Below are positions 1 through 13,422 of a DNA stretch of 64,000 bases, in pieces. The stretch is from NCBI RefSeq assembly GCF_009914755.1, contig NC_060939.1; one strand, 5' to 3'. The notes under the pieces were generated by a model. The model did not search any database and was not told where the DNA came from. It worked only from the letters and a program-made list of their open reading frames with translations. Source of the DNA: the human T2T-CHM13v2.0 reference genome, Homo sapiens. The stretch's first letter is position 1. Each line of letters starts with the position of its first letter. The position numbers and the translations under genes were made by a program.

Positions 1-450
1 CAGAAGGTTTAGTGGAGAGTGCTCTTTGGAGCAATACCTATGGGAAAGTGAGGGAAGCAGGATTGGAGAAGATGCAATTTTGACAGAGGCCTCAGGTGAT
101 AATGTAGGGAGCATGGAGACTGGGATGGCCCTTCAGAACTGCCCTACAAAAGGCAATGGTGCTGAGCTTCCGTACTCTCACACACAGATAAGTCATTGGT
201 CAGGCCTGCGCTTGAGAAGAAGGTGTAATCTTGGGAGTACCTCCCCCCTTGCAGCTGAGTACCTCCCCAGGAACTGCCCTCTGCAAATGACACTTCAGAT
301 GGAACCTCAAAATGGCAGAGGTAGCTCCCATTTGGAGAGGGCAGTTCCTGGGGAGGCACTCAGCTGTAAGCCTTTGGCTGGCAATGCTCCCAGCAGCGGA
401 GAGAACAGGGTGTTAGTCTTGCAAGGGGGATCTGGGTGGCGCACACAGCA
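1..450. mobile_element. MLT1-type (ERVL-MaLR) LTR fragment
   Basis: gtgagggaagcaggattgg...cagaggcctcag...ctgggatggcccttcaga resembles MLT1 consensus motifs. Confidence 0.6.
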
Positions 451-2853
451 TACACTATACCAACTTGCTCATGTATCACTTTGACATTGTGATACATGGG
501 CTACGCTGTTTAGTATAACTCTTTTCCCCATGAAATAATTTTCAGATATGTTTCCATTCTGGTCACCAACACGTAATCTAATCTGTCAATAATGCCCTTC
601 AAATATGTACCTATAACTATACCAACAACTCCAGATTCATCAGACTCTATAAAGTACAGAAGCACATTTTCTCCCTTGATATGAATATCTATTTCTAATG
701 TAGCCTGACTTTTTGTTCTCAACAGCTATACATTACCCAACTGGCTCAAAATCAATATGCTGTCAGCTAAAACAGAAACTGAGGTCCCTGATGTCCTTTA
801 CCTGTAAGTGGATAGTTTAATCTCAATGCAGGATTTTTCCATTATCCTCTTGAGTTTAATCTTGTTCCATTTAACTTAGGAAAATTTAACAAGCTGTGAT
901 TCTGTCACCTAACACCTCTCGCTGTTTCAATTTTTCTCTAAATTTGATACAGGATGCCAAAAAGCTTTTAAAAAGAAAATCCCATGAGGGCAGAGAGCAG
1001 CGATGAGGCTTGTGGCATGCCAATGATACCCTGACTTCTACTTCCACTCTCAGAAACCCATCCCATAACCCATCTGTAAAGATCTTGCTCTGCTAGGTAA
1101 TATTAATAGCAGGAATTTTTTCAGCATATTAATATAATGACTTACAGTGAGTTTTGTACATAGCTTTTGGAAACCAATCACATGACCTCAACTTACATTT
1201 GCATTATACACAAGTTTTCTAGCAACAGTGCTTACACAGAAGGGAAACTTCCATGGTGGGCATTAGGCACCCAGCAGGTGAGCCTTGCAGAACTCCCTGA
1301 ATCACAGCCTACAAGAGTTACAGGTCCCTGCCTGGCCTTCTAGTTCACCAATGTGTTGGGCTATAAAATGTACCTTGGTTCAGACGTGCTGTCCTTTGAT
1401 CATGGATAATGCAACATGGTTAATCTGTGACCAGTGAAGTACATGAAACATTAAACCGCCTCTGGTTTCTGTTTCAAGTTTGATCACTTGACTGCCCCTC
1501 AGTAACTGGATTTTACAATGAAGTTAAATCTCATTTAAAAATGTAAAGCTGTCTGTTCTGGTAAAGCCAATCATATGTTGTAAAGTTATTCCATTTAAAA
1601 GAACAGTTTCTTTGTTCCCCAAAGGTTTGACTTTGAGTACCCAAGTTCCATTTAATTCTACTCACATCTCTGAGTACATTTAGATTCCCAAACCCATGCA
1701 GAGATGAATAGTTTCAAGGTTAGTTAAAAATAAAAAAAGCATTTTCTAGCAAAATAGGGTAACAGCATCTAACATTGATAATAATCACATGATATGACAT
1801 GAAACCAGTTTCATTGTTTAACATAGGAAAAATGTGAAAAATGTGTCCCTGTTACCAGTTTTCAGACTAAGTTCTCTCATCATTAATCCATCCATTTATT
1901 CATTCATTCAATAGAACACTTACTGAGTATATGTCATTGGTCAGTTTCAGTAACTGACCCAGGTATACAATGATGAATGTGATACCATTGCTATCTTTGA
2001 GGAGAGATTTTTTTAAAAACCAAAAATAAAGAGACATCTGTTTCCATTTTGAAGTGTTCTATCACTAGCAGAAACAGGTTCCAAATGAAGATGGGACACC
2101 AAGAACAAAGCAAGGCAAACCCATTTTACTCTGCTGGGTGGCATGTCAGCTGCAGGAATTCCCAATCATCCTGTCTGATTACTCCTAAGGACAATTTGTC
2201 GCTTGCAGCCACTGCCTTATCACTGTAAGTTGGAAGGTTGTTTTTAATTAAAGTCAACAATCATAATTTTCTTAAAAGAATCAGTACCTATTAATTTACT
2301 GTTTATGAAACTGCAAAGCATGCATCCAAAGTAAAAGATAAGGTCCTACATTCAAAAGCTTGATAAGAGCTAAAGATTAAGTTCTTTATCACAGAAGAAT
2401 CGCTGAGTTAATATTATAAAAATACAGATGAGAGGCAGATAATATGTCTTGAGGTCCAAAACCTATCGCCTTGATAGAAATATGATATGGAAATCAGTAG
2501 GGACAAAATTACTATTAGATGCAGAAATTGAGAACACTTTGAAGAGAGAAAATGTGACTTCACGTGATTCAGAAATGATTGGGAGGAAGAAAGGGGACCT
2601 TTGTTTTTCTTTTCTTTTGCTCTTTCATCCTTTAAGATTTCACACTGAAATGACATTAGTAGTCAGACATACCATTCCAATTCCTTTCTGACTTGATTTA
2701 ATTTAGAAAATTTTAAAACCCTGATTTAATTCAAAGGCTACCGAGTGAGCCAGTTTGAAGCTAGACACTGTGGGGAGTACCTCAGAGGTATCCTATACGA
2801 TCTCTGCCCTCAAGTTTTTTTATTAATGCAAATTAGGTAGAAATCCAATATTA

Positions 2854-3204
<351 letters not shown>

Positions 3205-4474
3205 CTATATAAGTAAGTGCCTTAAAAAACAAGCAGCAAATGTAGCAGCTTTAATCAAGAACAAATCAGCAAATCCACATCGAATAAACAACTCATTGTG
3301 AGCTATTCTTTGTAGCATCATTTCATCATTGGAAAATACCAAAAGGAGTGGGATTTTAAAATCCTTTCTGCCCCTATGAACCAGCAATGATGTGTAATTA
3401 TAATAAAGCTAATTTTAAAAAGTGCTTTATGAACTATTTTCATTGATATTATTTCATTTGATTCTCAAAAAACCGCTATGAAATTTGACATAATTCCTTC
3501 CAGCAACTGCAATCAGGGGAGTAATAACAAGCTAAAAAATCGGTATTTCACTGACTCTACCGATTTTGGTGCTTCCCTCTCCCCCACACCAATTTCCCCT
3601 GAATCATTCTAGAAATCATGTGTGCTCGTGGATGTAATCCTTCCTCCTCATCACTGCTTTCATCTCTTGCTTCGGCTGCACAAGGTGCCTCTTGATGCTT
3701 CCAAAATGGGCACCAGGGCTGCTGTAGTCAAAGGTGCCAGATGTGTTGCCCAAGGCACAACTGCCTACCTCTCCCGCTTCTCCTTGGGATAAGACAAAAT
3801 CTCATTCATTCTACCATCAATAAAACCACACTGGATAAAATCTAGTTCATTATGCCCTTTCACACCGTGCTTCCATAGCACCTCCAATAGGGACACTGCT
3901 TCCCCAAGTCTGTACATCCTGTTATGCAGAATTTGCTTTCAATGTCCTAAAGAAATTTTAGTAACATTACTCTTTAAATTTTCACACTGCTTTTTTTATG
4001 GCAGTCCTCTCTCCCTATCTCCAGGCATGAATCCATGGGGCTGGCGCAACAGAAAATCTGGAGAACATACGTCATGCTATTTTCAGTGTTGTCCCTCCCC
4101 GTGGTAGCCGCTACCCTCGGATGTGGCTCAAATTCTTGCTTTCCTTAAGATGAGCTTTGTCCTGTGATGATCATCCCAGCCCTCAAGCAGAAGACTCTGG
4201 ACGGGCATGACTGTCAAATTATCCAGACATGCCCAGACAAGTCTGAATCCTAGGGAGAACATAGCTGAGGCCCAAGCTGCACACCTTATTTACTCTCCAC
4301 AATTCCTCTGGGCTCACCTGGAAACCAACAGCTTTACTCAGTCACAGGAGCACTTCTGGGTTCTCCCTCTAAACACAAAACTGAAACTAAAGACTTTAAC
4401 GTTTTAGAAAAAATACGTGAAATCTGAATGAACTGATTTGTGACTTTATTGTGAATAAAACCGTATTACCATGA

Positions 4475-4618
<144 letters not shown>

Positions 4619-5397
4619 TGAATTACTAATACAAAAATCTGAATCTCAGCGTTTGAAGTCCTCACTCACTTGCTTAGCGTGAAACCCAGTCCTCAAGAGA
4701 GGAAGTCCCTACCTCTCTTGAACAGCTCTTCAATACTGCAAAACTGTTGGGCTTCTGATGATAAAGTTCTTTCATTTCTTTTTGCCAAAGCTCCTTCTTC
4801 CTCAAGTGTAGGGGCCCTCCCAGGAGGATGAGGAAATGTTTGTCCAAGACATTCTGGCCCAGAAGTGTTCTCTCTTGGTACTTTTCCTTCAGTAGTTTGT
4901 TGTTCCTCCCTATTATCCAACATCGTTCCAGGACCCCTCAAATCCGTCTGTATCCCATACATCTCTGAATTCCAATTCTGACCTGATTTCAAGTTCTTTC
5001 CTATAAGGCTCTGAGCCTTGTTTCAATGTACTGGAACAATCCATGACTGTGAAAAAAAAATTCCTAGAACCTTCTATGAGAGGGAAGAAACTCCAGAACA
5101 TGCCATGATAGGAGGCTGAGCTGCCGGGGCACACAGAGGAACTCCAAGGGGATGGTATGACCTAATATCACAGCCCAGGGGCCACAAAGATACATTAGAT
5201 ATGGTCTGATTCCAATTTCAAAATTATCTAACAGAAGTCACTATCCCTGTAAGTGATCAGAAAGCAAATACAGTGAGATCGGCACCACAGTCATTTATCT
5301 GCTCACAGCTATCAAGAGGAAGGGGGTGGGGCCGCAGTGGTATCTGCTGTTTTCAAAAAGTGCTTTCTCAGGATTCCCTAAGAAATAAAACAAAACA

Positions 5398-5710
<313 letters not shown>

Positions 5711-6884
5711 TCAGTACTCTGCTTTATCAGTTTGATATAATACTTGTAATCCAATTACAACCCGAAAAGGTTGTCTTTTTCTCATGTCCCAACCAATAAT
5801 GACATGAGGCAGAGTGTTGAGTTAACAAATATATCCAATGAATTATTCTCTAAAATTTAATATCTATTTATTTTAAAAATAGTTTTCTCTTTTACATTTA
5901 TCAGTGGCTGTTACTTTTAATCATGGTGTTATTCTGCTATTTCTACACATCTTTGGAATTATTTCGGAAGGCTGTGCATATAGCCAAAGGCCACAGACTG
6001 CCACCCTTGCTTTATATCTTGTACTCTGAATCCAAAAATAGAGACAAGTGAAAAGCAATCCAGTGGAAGGTGTTATCCTCAAAGCATAATTCAATCTTAA
6101 TCTGGGGAAAAATGCACAGGCATAGAGCTGGCTTGAGATTTTAAAACATCAGATTCTGGCCATGGTCCTGGCCTTTAAATCACATTCCCCTTTAAAAAGC
6201 AAAACAAATGAGAAAAATACTCATTTATTTTATACAGAAACTGACCTTAAAATACAAATTGTTCATTAGTAGAACATTTATTTCGTATTTCACATGCCAA
6301 TGAGCTATTCTTATTTGAGATCATTGGAAAAGGCACTCTTTAAAATTCTCTTTATGCTTTACACAAAAAGCAAGCAGGCACAATGGGATCTCAAACACTG
6401 TTAAATTTTAAGAGCTTTGTGTGTTGTTTTTTGAAAAAAAAAATATTGTTTCTGAATCCATGGACTAAAAATCATATTACCAGGACTTCTAATTCACTTT
6501 CTCTTTGTATGAACTTTTAACAATAAAAAGATGGTCAACCTAATCAAATTTAGAGGAGAAAGGTCACATGAGAAAGAAATAAAACACTGTAATAATCATT
6601 TAAGTATTAAGATTACCACTGTTCTATAACAAAACATATACCCATATACCACATAAACACACATTCTTCTTTCCCCTGTTGCTCATTTAAAATTCCATCC
6701 CATCTTTCACATCCATTCACTAATAAATCGGAGGGAAAAAACTGTAGCCACTACTTCCACTTCCTTATCACCTACCTTCAGCCTCTTATAATCTACTCAT
6801 AGACGTCATTCTACCGAAGTAACTCCCTCAAAGAGGGTTAGAAGCAACAGTATTTTCCTGTTCTTTATGGCATAATTCATCCCC

Positions 6885-7240
6885 CTCATCCAGACTCCCA
6901 TTGGCTCCTCCAGATCCACTCCCCATTTTTCTCAACCTGCTCTTGGCCCTGGAAGGCTGACCCCGTAGACCACAGCCCCTGGCTTGGCTCCTTTACACTC
7001 TGCTTTCTGGTTGGTTCAGTTAGAGGAGGTTTACAGGAAGTGGTCCAGAGGAGGGTGAGGCCAGGATATTTATCCCCACAGCTTCCTCTCCGCTGGGTGT
7101 CTCTACCAGAAACCACTGTTCCTGACAGAGGGTCCCCTCCATTAATCTCCCCTGTCTGGGCTCCAGTGACCACGCACGCCTTCCCTTGCGCCTTCAGCCT
7201 TGCAGGTATCTGTTTCCTCTCAGGACTGTGAGTAATCCAG
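6885..7240. mobile_element. LTR33-like (ERVL) LTR
   Basis: ccagatccac...cctgctct...ggaaggctgacc...tctggttggttcag...tatttatcccc follows the LTR33 pattern. Confidence 0.6.
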
Positions 7241-7499
7241 GGGCCTCTCTGAATTGCTTTCTTCCGTTGGTTTCTGGATTATGCTCTATCCTCATCCTAT
7301 CCCTACCTCCTGGACTAGTGCTTTTTGAGCATGGCTTTTACAGGTCTCTAACAACCTACATTTCCCCTTGTAACAATGATATATTCTCAATGCTAAAATT
7401 CTTGCCTCAAAGGACATGGGGAAAACATAGAAAAGTGTACTTTAGCTATAATTGTACTCCCCACCCCCGACCCCACACACAAGCACTCTAGGTGGTGAA

Positions 7500-8130
7500 T
7501 TTGTTTTTTTCTTAAAAAATAAAAGTAGTTAAATCACTCTTGAAGAATCATAAAAGTAACATATTCACTACAACCAGAGAAACAATATAAAAATATGTAA
7601 AGAGAAATAAAATTAATGCCTTTCTCCAATTTTTCCGCATCTTTCTCTTTCACTTCATTCCCCACCTCCACTGCCTTGACCCTCAATAAGGAATGTTAAC
7701 AGCCTGGCCAGTGTTCTTCCACACTCATCTCCATGATATTCGAACCTGTACCAAACATATATATTTATATATTGGGAGGGGTGATAGTTGTTTTACAAAA
7801 CCTGAGAGCATTTTATGTATTATTTTATAACTCAAATAGATACAAATCTAGATCAGTACTCTGAACAGCCTCATAATATTACAGAGCATAAATGCACAAT
7901 CATTTATTTAACCATTTCTCTAATGATGAACATTCAAATTTTTTCTAGCTATTTTTTGCCACTACAGACAATGCTGCAATAAACATCCTTATGCCTAATT
8001 TCTTATTGGTACATATATTTATGTAAGCTAAATTCCTAAAAGTGGGATTGCCAGGTCATAGTTACACAGAGTTTTAATTGGGATCCTATTACTTTCTCAA
8101 AAGTGCATAGCAACATACTTTATGTCAACT
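7500..8130 (-). mobile_element. Old L1 (L1ME-like) 3' fragment
   Basis: tttatttaaccatttctctaatgatgaacatt...caatgctgcaataaacatcctt...aattcctaaaagtgggattgccaggtca is typical antisense L1M 3' sequence. Confidence 0.65.
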
Positions 8131-9755
8131 TAATTCCTGTATTTGTTTTATATGGGTAGAATATGGCTGATGCAATTTTTGAGTCCTATTTTCCCTCCAT
8201 TAATTTTAGATAATTTTCTTTGTACTACATACTTTCTGTAGTAACCTTAAATGGCTGCATATGTCTATTAATGTCGTGACGCTTCTTTACAATTTTATTG
8301 GAATTGCATCAAACCTTAATATTAATATGGGAAGAGTTTATATTTACTTCCCATAATGTATATCCACAGAGACAATCAAAGCTTTGACAGTAGTATTAGG
8401 GGTTTACACATGTAAATAAAATTTATTTCATGTATGCCTCTTAACTCTTAATAAGTTGACATTAATTACATATTTTCATGGGCACAAGAATTGATCAAGA
8501 GATTCTCAGTTCTCAATATCAGGAAGAACTATGCCTGGAGCATATGCTTCCATCACCACATCAGTGACTTCAGTCAAAGGAAAACAACCACAGGATTACT
8601 CAAGAGCATACTAAAGATTGGGCATTTCCCAAGTATGGTGAGCCAAGCTCCCTGTGATTCTTCTGGCACTAAAAGGGTTTACTTTGAATCAAAGGTAAAT
8701 GAAAGCAAGCAAAACAGAAAGGAATCCTAGCACCAAGCTCCAAGGACACTGCTTTGCAGGCTAGCACAACTAGAGTTCCTCAAGGTTTGGGGGAAGACCA
8801 TACTCCACAAAGGCTTGGGAACATTCCACATCAGTCTCCACCCGCCAAATAAAATACTATAAAACCAATCTCCAGGTTGGTGGTGGGAGGAGGCAGGAGA
8901 AGAAAAACCTGACTACCAGTTCTTGTTAGTATATTCTCTATTTTATCACCACTATGTGGTGATAATGGAGATTCCCATGCATCATCCTTGAAATGAGAAG
9001 TTAAGAAATTACAAACCCAACAGAAGGTGCATCGCTGGCCTCTGTGACATCCTTATGCTACATCCTGCATGAATGGTAATGTCAGCTTTAACTGCTTAGT
9101 CTTGTAACAAGGATAAGCGGGTTTCACTGGTTCCTGGGAATTACTACTTGCCTCTAACATTGAAGAGTCTTCCAACTGGAAACAGATCTGATTACTTTTG
9201 CCAGACTTAATCTCTTTCTTAAGCAGTTAATGAGAGCTTTCAATAATCTTAATGACATCACTTCAATAAAAATACCTAGATGTTATTTCCACAGGAAATA
9301 AATGTCCACAGACCATAAACTTAATCTGGTTAATAGCTAACCTGGGAGAAAGGTGGGAGTTGGGTTCAGATAAAGGGACACTGTAGTGTGATGGTAAATG
9401 AATTATTCACCCCTCTTTCTGGACTGCTGGCAACTCTCTGAGCCCTCTTCTGGGTTTAGGTGGGAAGAGAAATGAAGTGAAAGACAAAGGTAGCTGGAAG
9501 CAGGAAACTTCTCCCTGTATGGGCTTCCCAGCTGCAGGGAGTCACTGAAGGGTTCAGAATATAAAGAGGACTCACAGCGACAGGAAAGGGAAAATCAAGA
9601 GAGAAAAGGGAACTAGACAGAGGATACAAATCAAAGGTACTATCTGGGGAACTCCCTCCCTCATGCCTTTCAAAGTAGGGCCAATAGGAGGTAATGGCTG
9701 GAGGCCCTATAGGAAGTCTCCACAGTAGAGAAGTTACCCATATCAAAAAAAGCTC
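8050..9755 (-). other. FMN1: Probable 3'UTR of the short FMN1 isoform; 3' end uncertain
   Basis: Candidate minus-strand poly(A) signals: AATAAA at 8422-8427 and 8294-8299, ATTAAA at 8073-8078. Cannot tell which is used. Confidence 0.4.
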
Positions 9756-9877
9756 TTACCCACTTCTACTCTCCTTCCCTTTTCCAGCTTCTTCTTTTAT
9801 AAGGTTAGAAGCACAGGAGATGCTTACAGTTCTTATGACTGGTTCCTGAAAGTGCTGCTGAAGATCCCAATGGAAGG
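9756..9877 (-). CDS. FMN1: Alternative last exon of a short FMN1 isoform (adds AFHWDLQQHFQEPVIRTVSISCASNLIKEEAGKGKESRSG*; total 662 aa)
   Basis: Acceptor CCCTTTACTTTGGCCTCAG|CC at 9878/9877. Phase matches the upstream donor (G+CC = Ala). Frame equals ORF 9756..9941. Consistent with my recollection of a short annotated FMN1 isoform. Confidence 0.72.
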
Positions 9878-11555
9878 CTGAGGCCAAAGTAAAGGGAATG
9901 TTGAGTGATTGCACGGAGAGGCCAAAGGAACATGTGATCATCCATTCACCTTGTCACTCAGTGGGCTCACGGTCAGTCTCCAACAGAAACTGAATGTGCT
10001 CTGTGTGCCTGCCTTGATCCAGATACACTGGAGCTTTTATGATATTTTTCAAATAGAAAAAGGGCAAAATAATAAGATAATCCTACATTGAGGAAAAAGA
10101 GGATTTACTAAAGAGCAATGTATTTAATGCACAGTTTCTGCAGTTTTTGGAGTTAAGGCAGCTAAGATATTCTACACTCTTGCCTCCAGAAATCTCTCTC
10201 TTAATAATCTCAGAGAGTTTCCTTGTCAAGTGTTTCTAAGTCCTCAGCATCCGACAGGAGAAAGAATTTTCATCACTAGGGTTCTGCAATACATGATATA
10301 AAATCTACGATTCTGTGACTTTCCTGGTGAAGCATATTGGTTATGAAAGTAGAAAATCTTATCAAAACAAGATTTATTGCAAAAAACAAGATGAAAAGCA
10401 TTTACCACATTTTTAAAGCTCTACCCCCTGGATCAATGATCTAGAGAGATTTATAAAATTTCACAAGTTCAAAATGACCAAAAAGCTTTGAAGCTCCTCT
10501 TCCCTAGATAGATATTTTTTATCTCAAAAATTGCACTTGATGTTTGCTCTAACCTGTAAGAGACTGTCTATCATATTAGGAGCTATTCCCTAGAAAAAGC
10601 ATTGCCCACATGCTGTTAGAGGAGCTCTGAAAAAGAACACATAACCTGCACAATGGCATATAAAACCCTGAGATTCTGGCCACAACAGCCTAGAAAATGT
10701 AATGAATACCAGAGCAGTGCTTCTTTTACACAGTCTTTTTTGGTCCTATTGAATCCACAAAATTATTTTCATGTAACATTTTAAATCACATTAAGTATGT
10801 AAGTCAAATGAGCTCTTTAGCACCTTTTACATAAGAAATGATGCTATACCAGTAACAGTAACAACCCATAAGTAAAAGATACCTACGGAATAAAGTCAAT
10901 TTGTGCTTATTTGGGAAATTTAAAAACTGTAAAAAAAGAAAACTTTGAACCAAGTTTCTTCAAATTAGACTGAATTCCTTCCTGTTCTGTTAAAACACAA
11001 AAGTTTTTGTCATAAAATAATAGCACTTATCGAGATGATTACTAAAAACAAACAAACAAAAACCTCTAACTACAGACATAAGTGAAGACACAGCGTACTT
11101 TTGCACTTCTGCTTAGAGAATCCCTAGAATGACTCCAGCAGCATGAATGGCAGAATTTAGGTCAAGAGGCCAATTACCCAGTGTTACCATCAAAGGCAGG
11201 GACAAGTTACCACTTCTCTCTGCCTGTTCCTGTTTTCCTTTGAGAGTCACTGTTATGCAACCACAGAAGTAACTTTAGAGGATGCCAAAAAAAAAAAAAA
11301 AAAAAAAAAAAGAAAGAAATAAAAGACATTCACAAAGTCCTGGAAGCAACTATACCTCAGAACCACTAGGTCAAAACCATCCTAATCATCTCCACACCCC
11401 GCTGTTCCACTCCCCGTTTTCTTGCTACAAAGTGAAGTAATAGGCCTAGGAATTTTGGTCCATTGTTAATCAGTCAGTTTCTAAGTAGCACAGGCAGACT
11501 GATAGTTCCCCAATCAGCCAAGAATAGATTCAAAGCATCTTAAACAGAGACTAAC

Positions 11556-13422
11556 CTGGAGGTGACTGGTGCTGGGGCTCAGCTGTGGTCTTCCCTGGCC
11601 CCAAGCTCTTTTCCAAAGTTTCCCCAGGCACCAACCGAGGTTGGCCTGCTCTGAGGAAGGCCGGGCTGGCTCCTTTGGTCTCCGTGACCTTTGCAGAGGA
11701 TGGTGGCTCCAAGGTGTCAGCAGAGACGCACCCAGAGAAGACACGGCTCTTTCTACAAGGAGAGTCATTAAGAGCAGCTTCCCTCTCACCAGGCAATGCA
11801 GGGAGCCGGAGGATCCTGTGATGCTGCTGAGGGCTGGGGAGCCTTGGAGACAGAGGCGAGGGAACAGGTGACGTCTGTTTGTGTGTGCTGGACTGCGAGG
11901 CTGAATTATTAAACACCTTGCCAAGAGCTGCCGGTGCTGGTGGGGATGGCTTCTTCTTATCACCTCTGGGTTGTGAGGAGTCAGGACCTACTTTGTGGGG
12001 CAGATCCAGAAACAAGGACTTGTGGCCACCAAGGGGCAACCCGGCTCTCCTCTTGTTTCTCGTTTCTGGGCGAGTGTGAGGGACACTCGTGTGGACAGGG
12101 AAGCCCAGTCTTTTCCCCTCAGGGGCTTCATCTAACTTCTCACTCTCTATCACCTTCAGGGGGACCTTGTTCACGGCCCCCTCGGCACTGGCCGACACAC
12201 TAGAAATGGAGGCTGTTTCCCCGGCTGGCGACTGCGATGACCTATCCCCTTGCCGCTCCTTGCCCTGCCGCCTGGAGCCATGAGCCCCAGCCTCAGCTCC
12301 CGGGAGGGTGAGCAAGTCGGCTTTGGGTACAAACTCAGCGTGGGCTGCTGGGCGAATGGCAATCGTCTCCTTACCCTTAGAATGCGTTTTAACTACTCTT
12401 TGTACCTGGGAGGACAGGTCCTGAACTTTGGCCACCACTTTGGAGACAGGTTTCTGCTTGCAAGTCCGCTTAGCCGGCTTCTCCATCTCATCCTTTTCTG
12501 CCTCTGGATGCTTCTCAGGGTCCTGGTGACTTTCAGACAAACCTGTTTGCTGATGCTCCAGCCCACTCGGCGGCCTCCGAATGCCATCCCCTCCTGCCTC
12601 TGTGGAGCTGCAGTCAGCGGGCAGCACTTCTCTTCCAAGCCCAGTGTCCTTGAAAGCCGTCTCAAAGCTCCCAAAGCCAAGGTCTGTGTCTGGCGTCTTG
12701 GGAATATCTGGGGGGCAGCTCTCTCTCCTCTGCAGGGAGCAGGCAAGTGCCCCATTCGGGAGCAGATTTCCTTTCTCCTCTAGTACCCAAAGGTTAGGCC
12801 TTGTTCTAGAAAGAGGAAGGGAGTGGCTGGAACAGATCTTGTCCTTGCCCATCAGAGGAGCTGATTCTCGGCCTCCACGCCCTTTTCTTTTGGTCCTCTT
12901 CTGTGGAAGGGCCCCAAAGCTCTCTCTCCTTCCACTAGACCTCCGAGGCTTTTTGTTCCCGTGGGTGCTCCTCTTATTGAGAGGGCCCACGGGGAGCTCT
13001 CCCTGCCAGTCACCAGCACTCTGGAAACAGTCATCCTCGGGGGCCAGGCTCACGGACAGCTCTTGCAGCTTCCCCTCCTGGTTCCCCATCGTGATCCCCA
13101 GGATGTGGTCTGAGCTCAGGAGATTGGTTAGCAGTCTCTCCCTCTCTGTTGTGAGTTTGTACAGCTCAGTTAGAATGTCTTTCGTGGGAGTCTGCTTGAA
13201 AAATATGTCGCCTGGATGTTCGTCCGGCTCCTGGCTGAGGCTGATGATGTCTGACTCCTCCCTGACTTGGTAGCAGTTATGAAAACCTTTATTGGATCTG
13301 TCTAGAGTTACAGTGCCCTTGTATGAAAATCCTCTGACTTCCCCCTTTGGAAGACAGAAGCTGATGTAGCAGAGTTCCGTAATGGGCTTATGCAATTGGA
13401 GGGTACAATGAGTGCCTTCCAT
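11556..13422 (-). CDS. FMN1: Formin-1, coding part of first coding exon (codons 1-622 plus 1 nt; N-terminal region upstream of FH1/FH2)
   Basis: 623-aa [25 protein letters not shown]...PQHQSPPG recognised as the human formin-1 N-terminus. Strong Kozak (ATAATGG). Ends at phase-1 donor CCAG|GTTAGT at 11556/11555. Downstream main-isoform exons lie outside the window. Confidence 0.96.

Noticed and set aside
11569-13273. Long plus-strand ORFs (230, 177, 100 aa) opposite the FMN1 exon
   Set aside because: Antisense shadows of a GC-rich coding exon; no recognisable protein and no promoter or splice support.
13288-13293. AATAAA on the sense strand inside the FMN1 CDS
   Set aside because: Explained by Asn-Lys codons; no evident downstream GU-rich element.
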